A DNA stretch of 63,890 bases, taken from positions 1 to 63,890 of IMG/VR virus record IMGVR_UViG_3300045131_001062; one strand, 5' to 3'. Positions 7,237 through 16,885 of the stretch are shown piece by piece. Positions within the stretch are counted from its first letter, which is position 1, and each line of letters starts with the position of its first letter. The notes beneath the pieces were generated by a model. It ran no database searches and was not told the DNA's origin. It saw only the letters and a list, made by a program, of their open reading frames with translations. A program made the translations under genes and the position numbers. Source of the DNA: a virus (taxonomy: Duplodnaviria; Caudoviricetes).

Positions 7237-8883
7237 ATGAGTGACTTAGCCACATTATTGCGAGAACGCGTTGCTTCCGGATTAAAGCGTAATTCTATTA
7301 CGACTGCCGGCAAGTGGGCGATGGAGTATCGCGTAATGGGGCCGCCATGTCCGGGCAAGTGGAACTATATCCACCATCCTTGGGCCGAAGAGCCGCAAGA
7401 GTGCACCGCGGAGCAGTCCGCTGCACAAAAAGCGGCCCAGATGGCGTTCACTGAAATCGGATTAAACAAGACATTTAAGGCCATTGACATCGACGGCTTC
7501 AATGTCCTGTATGTGCTGCCCTCCCTGCATCCAGACGCACGTGATTTTTCAACATCACGTTTCGATGCGGCACTGGAGCTTTCACCACACCTTGCGAGCT
7601 TGTTCACTGACGTTAAGAACATCGGCCACAAACGCGCTGGCAGTGCAAACCTCTTCATTCGTGGTAGCCGGAGCCGTAGCCAGCTTAAGTCAGTTCCGGC
7701 TAACTTACTAATCTTTGACGAAGTAGACGAAATGGTGGACAAGAACATTACCCTGGCCCTCGAACGTATGTCCGGCCAGTTTGTTCGCCAAGTCTACATG
7801 GTATCCACGCCCACAATCGAAAACTTCGGAATCAATATCTACTTTAAGCAAGGCGATCAGCGACACTACATGTTCAAGTGCCCGCACTGCTCGCGTTGGA
7901 CCGAGTTAGTCTTCCCGGACTGCCTTAAAGTTGAGGGCGAATCGTTTGAAGATCCTCGCGTCAAGAATTCTTATATCTTCTGCAAGGAATGTAAGGTCAA
8001 ACTTGATCATGAGGATAAGAAAAACTTCTTAGCTAAGGGTAATGCTAAGTGGGTTCCTACCAATATTGGCACGGACATCATCAGCTGGTACATTAATCAG
8101 CTGTATTCTGTCATTCTTCCCCCATACAAGATCGCCGAATTGTGGTTCAAGGCACAGCAGGATCCTTCTGATGAGCAGGAATTCTATAACAGCAAGGGTG
8201 GGCTGCCTCATGTTGTGAAGGGCGGTAAAGTAACTGATGCCGAAATTGATCAATGCATCGGTCATTACTCGTCGGGCAAGGGTACTTTAGGCAAATTCAT
8301 CACCATGGGCGTAGACGTTGGTAAGGTTTTGCATGTGGAAATCGATGAGTGGTCATTTAATCCGCTTGCAATGGAAAGCGACCTCAATCTTTTGGCCTCT
8401 TGTCGCGTTCTTGAGTTCTTACGCGTGCCTAACTTCCACGATCTTGATGAGTTGATGATTAATTACCGCGTATGCTTCTGCGTAGTTGACATTGAACCAG
8501 AAACGCGTAGTGCCCTTGAGTTTGCACGTCGTTTTCTTGGCAATGTTCGCATGTGTAAGTACGCTCAGGGCGTCAGCGGCAAGGTGATTAAGGACAATCC
8601 TGAGGAATTGAGCGTGCAAGTTAATCGTACAGCATGGTTGGACCTCTCTTTGGGCCGATATCGCCGTAAAACCATTGCTTTGCCCGCCAGCGTAGACACG
8701 GAATACCGAGAGCACATCAAGGCTCCTTCCCGTATTTACGACAAAGATAAGGATGGCAACGCTGTAGGCCGCCACGAGTCTGGAAAGAGTCCTGATCACT
8801 ATGCACATGCACGAAATTACAGTGAAATCGCACTTGCCTTAGGCATGCGCCTTGGCGGTAATCAAAATATGAGGGGCGTATGA
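7237..8883 (+). CDS. terL: Terminase large subunit (lambda GpA-like family)
   Basis: KAAQMAFTE Walker-A variant, LIFDEVDEM Walker B, STPT, CPHC..CKEC zinc site, MGVDVG nuclease motif, DHYAHA. Confidence 0.93.
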   Translation: MSDLATLLRERVASGLKRNSITTAGKWAMEYRVMGPPCPGKWNYIHHPWAEEPQECTAEQSAAQKAAQMAFTEIGLNKTFKAIDIDGFNVLYVLPSLHPDARDFSTSRFDAALELSPHLASLFTDVKNIGHKRAGSANLFIRGSRSRSQLKSVPANLLIFDEVDEMVDKNITLALERMSGQFVRQVYMVSTPTIENFGINIYFKQGDQRHYMFKCPHCSRWTELVFPDCLKVEGESFEDPRVKNSYIFCKECKVKLDHEDKKNFLAKGNAKWVPTNIGTDIISWYINQLYSVILPPYKIAELWFKAQQDPSDEQEFYNSKGGLPHVVKGGKVTDAEIDQCIGHYSSGKGTLGKFITMGVDVGKVLHVEIDEWSFNPLAMESDLNLLASCRVLEFLRVPNFHDLDELMINYRVCFCVVDIEPETRSALEFARRFLGNVRMCKYAQGVSGKVIKDNPEELSVQVNRTAWLDLSLGRYRRKTIALPASVDTEYREHIKAPSRIYDKDKDGNAVGRHESGKSPDHYAHARNYSEIALALGMRLGGNQNMRGV

Positions 8884-10562
8884 GCATTGTATCGCTGAAA
8901 CATCCAGAGTATGCTTCCAATTTCGCTGATTGGGAGCGTTACCGCTACATTCTTACTGGCGGCCGTAAATTCATCGAAAAGTATCTTCAAAGATTCTCGG
9001 AACGCGAAGAGAATAAGGATTTCGATGCTCGCAGCAAGATGTCATATAATCCAGCACATGCTGAGGCAGCACTTCTTGAGATTCGGAACTCGATTTACCA
9101 GAGACTGGCCGATGTGGTGCGCACAGGTGGCTCCGACAGCTACCACGATGTGATTCTTGGTAATCAGAGTGGTGTGGACCTCAAGGGTCATAATATCATG
9201 GACTTCTTAGGCGAAGACGTGATTTTGGAATTGCTCGGCATGGGCAAAGTTGGCGTCTATGTGGACATGCCCACTGTGGATGAAGGCGAAACTAAGGCAG
9301 ATTCAGCCGGAAAGCACCCCTACTGCTACATCTACAAGGCCGAGAACATCTTGAGCTGGACCTACTCTAACGGCCAACTGATTACCCTGCTACTCTCCGA
9401 ATATGAGGACGAACTCGATGAAGTATATGGTCTGACCAGCAAACGCGTGCTTGTCTACCGACTACTTAATCTAACGTCCGAAGGTGTGTCGGTCAGATTC
9501 TTTAGCTCAGGCGGAGAAGAGAAAACTGACCAAGCCATGATGCTGAAACTCACCAGAATCCCATTTGTCTTGGCAGAGTTGTCGCACAGTATCCTTAAGA
9601 ATATTGACGGATACCAAGTCGCTCTGCTTAATCTGGCTTCATCTGACCTGAACTATGCGTTGAAAGCTAACTTCACTTTCTACACGGAACAGTTTGATCC
9701 CGGTACTGAATTGGTCTATCTGCGTCAAGCTCTTAGCCAATTAGTGGCCACAGACGGGGATACACCTGAATCTGGCAGTGCAGCCGCAGCGGCTACTGCT
9801 AAGCTGAATGAGATTAAAGTTGGTGCCGCCACTGGCCGCCGTTATGTTAAAGGTCTTGAGCGCCCTGACTTCATTGGCCCTCCTACGGCACCGATTACTG
9901 CCAGCATGGAGAAACAGCGCGAACTCCGTAAAGAAATACGCGAGATAGTTAATCTTAATGTGTCTAACCTTGAGCCGAAGCGTGAAAGTGCCGACGCTAA
10001 GGCATTTAATCAGCGCTCTCTTGAGGCAGGTTTGTCATATATTGGTCTGGAACTGCAATACACAGAGCGCGAGATTGCAGAAATCTGGCACATGTACCTC
10101 GGCGACACAAAGAAAGTCACGATCAGCTATCCTCGCGATTACAGTCTTAAGACTGAAACTGAACGGCACGATGAGTGCAAGACCCTTCGCGAGTCTTGCG
10201 AGGGTATTGAATCAGTAGAACTGCAGAAGGAAGTGGCTAAGACCATTGTTACATTGTGTCTCGGCCACAAGATTCCTAAGGCTCGGCTTGAGCAGATTCA
10301 TGCCCAGATTGATTCATCCGTTCTAGGCATGACCACACGTGAAATAATCGAAATGGCTATGCAGAATCAATTACTTAGCAATGGTACTGGTGCTAAGCTG
10401 CTCGGATTGCCGCCCGCGGAAGCCGAAGCCGCTAAGAAGGACCACGCTGACCGCGTCATGCTTACCATAGCAGCGCAGGCAAAAATCACCAATCCAGCAT
10501 CGCGTGGAGCGCCGGATATGGATCCTAACCCGGATAGCGGAAAGGATGAGAAGAAATCATGA
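8880..10562 (+). CDS. Portal protein
   Basis: Directly after terL; KHPEY..W start, GVYVDMP..PYCYIYKAENILSW, IPFV patterns; 560 aa. Confidence 0.88.
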   Translation: MSIVSLKHPEYASNFADWERYRYILTGGRKFIEKYLQRFSEREENKDFDARSKMSYNPAHAEAALLEIRNSIYQRLADVVRTGGSDSYHDVILGNQSGVDLKGHNIMDFLGEDVILELLGMGKVGVYVDMPTVDEGETKADSAGKHPYCYIYKAENILSWTYSNGQLITLLLSEYEDELDEVYGLTSKRVLVYRLLNLTSEGVSVRFFSSGGEEKTDQAMMLKLTRIPFVLAELSHSILKNIDGYQVALLNLASSDLNYALKANFTFYTEQFDPGTELVYLRQALSQLVATDGDTPESGSAAAAATAKLNEIKVGAATGRRYVKGLERPDFIGPPTAPITASMEKQRELRKEIREIVNLNVSNLEPKRESADAKAFNQRSLEAGLSYIGLELQYTEREIAEIWHMYLGDTKKVTISYPRDYSLKTETERHDECKTLRESCEGIESVELQKEVAKTIVTLCLGHKIPKARLEQIHAQIDSSVLGMTTREIIEMAMQNQLLSNGTGAKLLGLPPAEAEAAKKDHADRVMLTIAAQAKITNPASRGAPDMDPNPDSGKDEKKS

Positions 10563-11008
10563 GCGCCTACATCACATTAGAAGATGCTGAGTTATTTGTA
10601 GCGGCCAATATCATTAGCAGTGCCGCATGGGACGCTGCTACGGACCCGCTCAAGACCAAAGCCCTTCTTGTGGCCACTAAGAAGATTGATATGCTCAATT
10701 TCGTGGGCGAACCCACCGTAGCTGGCCAAAGTCTGCAATTTCCGCGTGGTGGCGATGCCACAGTACCGCAACAGATTAAAGATGCTACTGTGTATCTGGC
10801 TTTGCGTTTGCTGGACGATGTTGACCCTGAGCGTGAATTTGAAAATCAATTCATGAGTGCCTTTCAGTACGAGAACATTAAGTCTACTTACGATCGGTCA
10901 CGTGTGGCTGTTAATGTGACTCACGGCATCCCCAGTTGGGAAGCTTGGATTCGCATCCAGCCATTCTTATATGATGCATCAGCAGTAAAAATGACTAGGT
11001 TAGATTAG
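10559..11008 (+). CDS. Head-tail adaptor-like protein (family often labelled DnaT-like ssDNA-binding)
   Basis: YITLEDAELF..W..KALLVAT..ID..F.G..QSLQFPR..VPQQIKDA pattern. Confidence 0.7.
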   Translation: MSAYITLEDAELFVAANIISSAAWDAATDPLKTKALLVATKKIDMLNFVGEPTVAGQSLQFPRGGDATVPQQIKDATVYLALRLLDDVDPEREFENQFMSAFQYENIKSTYDRSRVAVNVTHGIPSWEAWIRIQPFLYDASAVKMTRLD

Positions 11009-11028
11009 TCACCTAGGGAAAGACAGCT

Positions 11029-11790
11029 ATGAACAACAACGAATATAGTAATCCGTGGATCACAACGTTCGATGAGCCGCCTCCGCCCCCGCCGCCTCCG
11101 CCGCCTCCGGCACTTGAGACTTTTACTCAGGAAAAGGTTAATCAGATTGTGGCCGCTGAGCGCCAGAAGTGGCAGAAGACTCAGAATGACGCTTTGACTG
11201 AACTTGAAGCTTTGCGTACTAAATCAAAGCTCACCGAAAATGAGCGCACTGAGCTTGATGCCCGCATTGAAGCTATGCGTGCAGAATCCATGACCAAGGA
11301 ACAGCTGGCCGCGGATAAGCAGAAGAAGCTTGAGAAGGCTGCTAAGGATTCGGCTGACAAGTTGACAGCTGAGCGCGATGGTTGGAAGGCTCGCTATACT
11401 GATCAGACGATTAATACAGCCATTCTGGCCGGAGCAACTGGTGAGGTTAAGGCGTATAATCCTCAGCAGTTGATTTCGATGCTCAAACCGCAAACACAGC
11501 TTGTTGAGGAATTGAACGATGAAGGTAAGCCTACTGGCAACTTCATCCCCAAGATTCAGATTATAAGTAAAGACGATAAGGGGAAGGAAGTAGCTCTCGT
11601 CCTCCCAGTTGGTGAAGCTATTAAGAAGATGAGCGAGATGGACGAATATGCTAATCTGTTTGTTGGTAAGTCTGTCGGTGGCGTATTTAGGTTGCCCGGT
11701 GGGAATCCTGCCTCCCGCAAGTTGGCTGACCTAGCCCGGACAGATCCCAAGGCGTATCGTGAGGCACGTGCTGCTGGACAAAAGGAATAA
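11029..11790 (+). CDS. Capsid scaffolding protein
   Basis: FTQEKVNQIVAAER plus coiled coil; immediately upstream of MCP; WITTF leader and poly-Pro. Confidence 0.85.
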   Translation: MNNNEYSNPWITTFDEPPPPPPPPPPPALETFTQEKVNQIVAAERQKWQKTQNDALTELEALRTKSKLTENERTELDARIEAMRAESMTKEQLAADKQKKLEKAAKDSADKLTAERDGWKARYTDQTINTAILAGATGEVKAYNPQQLISMLKPQTQLVEELNDEGKPTGNFIPKIQIISKDDKGKEVALVLPVGEAIKKMSEMDEYANLFVGKSVGGVFRLPGGNPASRKLADLARTDPKAYREARAAGQKE

Positions 11791-11795
11791 CGAAC

Positions 11796-13190
11796 ATGAG
11801 TAAGATTACGACTGCTACGTGGGTGACGACGTTCAATGACAATGACGCGCTTGTGCCTGAGGTTTGGGCGCAGGAAGCGTTGATGATTCTCGAAAACACG
11901 ATGGTCATGGGTAACCTCGTGTACCGTGATTTCGAGGACAAGCTGGCCGAGTACGGCGATGTGGTTAACGCTCACCGCCCCGCTTCGTTCACGATGAAGC
12001 GCAAGACGGATGACGATGAGGTTACGACGCAGGCGGCCAATACGACCAAGGTGCCGGTGCCCTTGGATCAGTGGCTGCACGTCAGCTTCATCATCAAGGA
12101 TGGGGAACTGAGCAAGGGATTCGCTAATCTCTTGGAGTATCACTTGAAGCCGGCGCTGATCGCGCACGCCGAAGGCGTGGATCAGATTCTGTCGGGCCAG
12201 GTGTATCAGTTCTTGGGCAACACGGTTGGTAAGCTTGGCACGGGCATTGGGAAGTCCACGATGATTTCCGCTCGTGAAAAGGCGAACGACCTCAAGATGC
12301 CTATGACTGGCCGCATGCTGGTCCTGTCCAGCGCGTCTGAGGGTGATGTCCTCGAAGTCAGCGACCTCACCGCGGCCAATATCGTTGGCGATAACGGCGC
12401 GGCTGTCAAGCAGGCGATCCTTGGTCAGCGTTATGGGATTAATCTCCTGATGGCGCAGAACACGGCGTCGGTTGCTGCTGGCAGCACGGTGTTCGCTACG
12501 GGCTTGGTTAATCTGTCTGCTGGTTACGCTGCCGGCTCTACGTCCATCGCTTGCGATGGATTCGGTGCTAGCGAGTGCGTGGCCGGTAGCTGGATTACGA
12601 TTGCTGGTGATATGACTCCGCAGTTTGTCACCGCGGTCAACAACGCCACGCCTACGCTGCTCACGATCACTCCGGGCCTCCGCAATGCGGTCCTGAATGA
12701 TGCGGTGATTACTTCGTATGTGCCCGGTCAAGTCGATCAGGGTTCGTCGCCGACGGGTTATGCCGCTGGCTATGCGAAGGAAGTTGCTCACGATGTGTTC
12801 ACCGTGGCTCCTAAGCGGGGTCAGTTGGTGTCCTTCGGTACGTCGGGCACTGCGGCTCGGTACGCTGCGATTGGTACTCCGACCACGACGGCCACCTTGC
12901 TGGATCGTCCGCTGTCGGCGGCTATCGCGAACAACGACCTGATGGGCCTTGGCCCGGCGGGTCAGTACAACATGCTGTTCCACCGGAATGCGCTTGCTCT
13001 GGTGTCGCGGCCTCTGGCCACGCCGATCGAGGGCACGGGCGCTCGTTCCTACGTCGCAGTGTACAACAACATGGCCGTCCGTGTTGTGATTACCTACGAT
13101 GGTAAGGCGCAGGGTCATCGCGTGACGGTTGACAATCTGTTGGGCGTTGCGGTGCTCGACAGCAACCTGGCGATCCCCGTCCTCGGCTAA
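11796..13190 (+). CDS. Major capsid protein (P22 coat-like, HK97 fold) with insertion domains
   Basis: VPEVWAQEALMILENTMVMGNLVYRDFE..GDVV, FHRNALALVSRPL, DNLLGVAVL; strongly biased codon use. Confidence 0.92.
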   Translation: MSKITTATWVTTFNDNDALVPEVWAQEALMILENTMVMGNLVYRDFEDKLAEYGDVVNAHRPASFTMKRKTDDDEVTTQAANTTKVPVPLDQWLHVSFIIKDGELSKGFANLLEYHLKPALIAHAEGVDQILSGQVYQFLGNTVGKLGTGIGKSTMISAREKANDLKMPMTGRMLVLSSASEGDVLEVSDLTAANIVGDNGAAVKQAILGQRYGINLLMAQNTASVAAGSTVFATGLVNLSAGYAAGSTSIACDGFGASECVAGSWITIAGDMTPQFVTAVNNATPTLLTITPGLRNAVLNDAVITSYVPGQVDQGSSPTGYAAGYAKEVAHDVFTVAPKRGQLVSFGTSGTAARYAAIGTPTTTATLLDRPLSAAIANNDLMGLGPAGQYNMLFHRNALALVSRPLATPIEGTGARSYVAVYNNMAVRVVITYDGKAQGHRVTVDNLLGVAVLDSNLAIPVLG

Positions 13191-13202
13191 CAACTAACGG
13201 AG

Positions 13203-13228
13203 GCCCACCACCCTCCGGGGTGGTGGGC
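13203..13228 (+). terminator. GC-rich hairpin after MCP (terminator or stabiliser, no U-tract)
   Basis: GCCCACCACCC-TCCG-GGGTGGTGGGC perfect 11-bp stem. Confidence 0.6.
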
Positions 13229-13250
13229 TGCTCCTAGAATAATCAATAGA

Positions 13251-13673
13251 ATGAACGCACTAAAAGAAATAGCGAAGATTACTTACCGACTAAAGCGCGA
13301 CTTTGGTATGGCTATTTCTATTCTCCAGTATACCAAAGGCGTCGTTAATGTTGAGAGTGGATTGCAAGAATCAACTACAACGCGTATTGAGGTACGCCGA
13401 GCAATCGTTGGTTCAGTTACCAGTCTGCGTCGTTATGCTGCGGCCATTTCAGGCGGCCAGTTCTCTTTCGCTAATCCACGCGTGGTGGATAGCCGCATCG
13501 TGATTCTTGATAAGGTTGATGTCCCTACGCTGAATGAAGAAGACCATCTTCTAATCGGCACTAAGATTTACGATATCGACAAGCTTGTTGAAGCTGAAAC
13601 AAACAATTCGTTTCTTCTGCTGGTCAAACACGCTACTGGAGTTAACGTTCCAACTGTAGAGGCTTCATCATGA
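13251..13673 (+). CDS. Putative head-closure protein
   Basis: Position, size and beta-rich pattern (DHLLIGTKIYDI). Confidence 0.55.
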   Translation: MNALKEIAKITYRLKRDFGMAISILQYTKGVVNVESGLQESTTTRIEVRRAIVGSVTSLRRYAAAISGGQFSFANPRVVDSRIVILDKVDVPTLNEEDHLLIGTKIYDIDKLVEAETNNSFLLLVKHATGVNVPTVEASS

Positions 13674-14467
13674 TGATCGACATCAAAGACAGTATAATCA
13701 CTATCCTAGACGGTGCCGGGCATTCTCTTGAGGTAGTTATCGGAGAAGGTAACTTAATCTATTCTGAAAAGCGGGAGATTAAGTATACAAAGAATAAGGG
13801 CCTGCTATACGATGTAAAACTTGGCGATCAGCAGCCAATGGAAGTGTCTTTCGATGCCCTGTGGGAATACCTTTTGGGGACGGGTGTTGCTCCCTCCATC
13901 CGTGAAGCCCTGACACAAACAGGTATTGCTGCAAACTGGACTTCTACAGATTCAGACACCTGTCGGCCGTATTGCGTAGACATTAGGATTGAGCATCACA
14001 TGTCCTGCACGGCGCCAACTGCCGAAGCCGAGATAGTGTACCTTAAATATTTCAGAGTGGAAGAAATGCCTCACGATTTGCGAGTGGGTACAATTAAGTT
14101 TTCAGGTAAGTGCAATACGGTTGCAGCCAGTGCTGGAAGATTCCCGCGGCAATTAACAGTATTGGAGCATGTTAGTCCTACAGATCCAAGTGTTGCTGGA
14201 GTCTATGATTTAATCGACTTTACATCTGTTGGTGGTATTGAGCATGGAGTGTGGCAGAAAGCTTGGATCAGTCCTAGAGTTACTAGAGTTAGTGGTGAGC
14301 ACATCTTGTACATAACACACTTTTTGCCAAATGGGCAACCTGATCCAGAAGCTACTACTAATCTATATGATCTAGATAACACTTTTGGTGTCGCACCCTT
14401 TGGAGATTACGTTGATGCAGTAGATGTAGAAGGTCCTGATGTGAGAATACCAAACCCTTATTTGTGA
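13670..14467 (+). CDS. Tail-tube paralog with C-terminal extension
   Basis: First ~155 aa clearly homologous to 14933-15466 (IGEGNL.YSEK, WTSTDSD.CRPY.VDI, PHDLR.GTI...GKCN). Confidence 0.8.
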   Translation: MMIDIKDSIITILDGAGHSLEVVIGEGNLIYSEKREIKYTKNKGLLYDVKLGDQQPMEVSFDALWEYLLGTGVAPSIREALTQTGIAANWTSTDSDTCRPYCVDIRIEHHMSCTAPTAEAEIVYLKYFRVEEMPHDLRVGTIKFSGKCNTVAASAGRFPRQLTVLEHVSPTDPSVAGVYDLIDFTSVGGIEHGVWQKAWISPRVTRVSGEHILYITHFLPNGQPDPEATTNLYDLDNTFGVAPFGDYVDAVDVEGPDVRIPNPYL

Positions 14468-14471
14468 TAAC

Positions 14472-14936
14472 ATGAATCCCAAATGGAACAGATGGATAGT
14501 GGCATCACTGAACAAGCACTTTAGTGCCATTAGTGATGCTTCGTTTCAGTTGATTATTGAAAATCAGCGACCGCGTGATTTTGATAATCTGACGATGCCG
14601 GTATTCGAGCCACGCATCGACGGTCCTTGGTTCCGCCAACAGACTAAGAATGAGTGGGTAGCATTTGCCCCGGTGGACATTCTGATTCAGTGCCCCATTC
14701 AAGTGGGTAACAAAGTCAACTTATATGATATACACGATCTAGCTGGCAAGATAGTGGCTAGAGCCGCCATAGATGTGGAAGTATTTAGTTATGGAGAGAC
14801 TACGCCAGCGCATATTGGGTGTATGTCCAGAACGAATAATGAGATACGAGTTAGTCACTACGGGAAACAAGGAACTGCGGAACGCGTTCTACACACAACG
14901 GTAGAATTTGCGTACGCTATGGAGTTAAGCGCATGA
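14472..14936 (+). CDS. Putative tail terminator protein
   Basis: 154 aa immediately upstream of the tail tube. Confidence 0.55.
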   Translation: MNPKWNRWIVASLNKHFSAISDASFQLIIENQRPRDFDNLTMPVFEPRIDGPWFRQQTKNEWVAFAPVDILIQCPIQVGNKVNLYDIHDLAGKIVARAAIDVEVFSYGETTPAHIGCMSRTNNEIRVSHYGKQGTAERVLHTTVEFAYAMELSA

Positions 14937-15466
14937 AATACGACCAAGCTTGGATTAGTACGTTTGCACAGATCGATCTTAAGAATGTGACGATTAAGAT
15001 CGTTGATGGTGCCACTCCTGCAAATGAGCTGGAGATTAAGATCGGGGAAGGTAATCTTACCTATTCCGAGAAGGTTAATCGCCAGTACATTAAGGACCGG
15101 GGCCTGCTTGACGAAGTCCGCAATGGTGACGAAGAGCCTATGGATGTCCGCTTTGACTTCAAGTGGGATTATATCCAGGGTTCGTCTGTCTCCAGTGACG
15201 CGCCTCCGTCGGTTGAGGAAGCTCTTAAGCAGACTGGTCAGGCTGCTGGCTGGACTTCGACTGATTCGGATGCTTGCCGCCCGTACGCGGTTGACATCGT
15301 GTTGCTCAATGTTCCCAGCCCCAGCGGTTGTGGTGACATGGAGACGATTACGCTGCCGGACTTCCGCTATGAGGAAATCCCGCACGATCTGCGCGCTGGC
15401 ACGATTAGCTGCACTGGTAAGTGCAATGCCACGAAGGCCATTGTGGTGCGCGAAGCCCAATCGTAA
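14933..15466 (+). CDS. Major tail (tube) protein
   Basis: Between tail terminator and chaperone; MCP-like biased codon use; WISTF leader. Confidence 0.78.
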   Translation: MKYDQAWISTFAQIDLKNVTIKIVDGATPANELEIKIGEGNLTYSEKVNRQYIKDRGLLDEVRNGDEEPMDVRFDFKWDYIQGSSVSSDAPPSVEEALKQTGQAAGWTSTDSDACRPYAVDIVLLNVPSPSGCGDMETITLPDFRYEEIPHDLRAGTISCTGKCNATKAIVVREAQS

Positions 15467-15528
15467 TGGTTGTTGACTGACCAAATGATTATAAGTTAGA
15501 TGATTAAATATACAATAAGGACACTACC

Positions 15529-16026
15529 ATGAAACTGCATGGGAAACAATTATATGCTGTGCATAAGAAGACGCTGCGCTTCCCGCGAGGGGAGAAACCT
15601 GAACTCGACAAAGATGGGCAACCTACTGGCAGGATGGTTCCCTTCATTGTCGAGATAACGGTGCAAGCGGTGGTGGACGAATCGGCCGTGGACAAGATTC
15701 TGACACGGCCGAATCCTCCCATCCGCGTCAACGCTGGTGGATCTAAGATGCATGTGTTCGACGATCCCAAATACAAGACCGCAGTTGACAACTGGGCGGT
15801 GCAGAAGTCCAACTGGATAGCTTTGCGCGCTCTGGAAGCCACGGAAGGTCTTGAGTGGGAAACTGTTGATCCGTCGAATCCGGACACGTGGGGCAACTTC
15901 CGTGATGAGTTGCAGGCAGCAGGATTTACGCCAGCCGAGCAGAACAAGATTCAGCTGGCAATTAATCAGGTTAATGGCTTAACGCCGGACAACATGGAGA
16001 TTGCGTTACAGAGTTTTTTACCGTAG
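15529..16026 (+). CDS. Tail assembly chaperone (gpG-like)
   Basis: AAGGA SD; between tube and TMP; slippery heptamer just before the stop. Confidence 0.8.
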   Translation: MKLHGKQLYAVHKKTLRFPRGEKPELDKDGQPTGRMVPFIVEITVQAVVDESAVDKILTRPNPPIRVNAGGSKMHVFDDPKYKTAVDNWAVQKSNWIALRALEATEGLEWETVDPSNPDTWGNFRDELQAAGFTPAEQNKIQLAINQVNGLTPDNMEIALQSFLP

Positions 16027-16244
16027 AGGGAGGATCTACAGTAACAAGGGAGTTTCCTCCGTTTCGAACGATGAAGTACGCAGTGTGGCGCAGTTGTGAG
16101 AGATTTGGAATATTGCCTCCGGATGTGAAGCCGGAGTGGAATGAAAACAACGACGTAGTGATGTGCAATATAATCTCTTACGATCAACTTAGGAATTGGG
16201 AAGAGGATAAGATTAGATGTCAGACTTTGCCACAGTTACCGTGA
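16014..16244 (+). CDS. -1 programmed frameshift extension (gpGT-like)
   Basis: T TTT TTA at 16014-16020; -1 frame open to TGA 16242-16244 (..CERFGILPPDVKPEW..IISYDQLR..). Confidence 0.8.
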   Translation, partial: FFTVEGGSTVTREFPPFRTMKYAVWRSCERFGILPPDVKPEWNENNDVVMCNIISYDQLRNWEEDKIRCQTLPQLP

Positions 16245-16885
16245 AGGGACACCGTTCGCACTACAACGGTCCTAGGGTAACTGCGCGCACGTATGCCGCC
16301 CTCAGTGCTTCTTGGGATCGTTGTTCCAAGGAAGCACTGAGGGCCATGTTTAATCTCATGAAGGATAAGCACGAGGATACTGGCATGTCCATTGCCTCAC
16401 TCGTGCCTATGGGTAAGTTGCTCCGCGTAGGCGGCTTAATGTCTTATGGCGGCACCGGCGTCCTACCTAAATTCTATGACAGTGATTACTGGCCCACTGG
16501 TGGTTTCACTGGTAGTAAATCATTTTCTAGCGGTGAAAGAATTGGCAGGCAACAATTAGCTAGCGGTGAACATGCAATTACGTATGGTAGCCAGAAACGT
16601 GTAGTGTTAAAGTTCCGTGTTACCATTGGCGTGTTGCAGTGGGCCTTGCATGAAGCTAATATCTCAAGCCCACTTTGGGGAAAAACCCCTAAGTATGGTC
16701 GTAAGAGCCGCGCAAAGAGTGGTGGGTGGCAGCAGCCCTTTGAGTCCATTGACACAGGCAAGGAAGCTTTTCGTAAGCAGTTGACTATTGAGATGCGTAA
16801 ATTACGAAAGCTAATACCTGCTTTTGTGATTGAGGAAATTATGGGTGGAAGTATTTCCGAAGGGAGACCGACCGATGCAAAATGA
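16217..16885 (+). CDS. Basic hypothetical tail-module protein (possibly HK97 gp10-like completion protein)
   Basis: GAGGA SD; DTG motif; position in the tail module. Confidence 0.5.
   Translation: MSDFATVTVKGHRSHYNGPRVTARTYAALSASWDRCSKEALRAMFNLMKDKHEDTGMSIASLVPMGKLLRVGGLMSYGGTGVLPKFYDSDYWPTGGFTGSKSFSSGERIGRQQLASGEHAITYGSQKRVVLKFRVTIGVLQWALHEANISSPLWGKTPKYGRKSRAKSGGWQQPFESIDTGKEAFRKQLTIEMRKLRKLIPAFVIEEIMGGSISEGRPTDAK

Noticed and set aside
11556-13193. 545-aa minus-strand ORF
   Set aside because: Antisense shadow of the codon-biased MCP gene; no motifs, Arg/His-rich composition.
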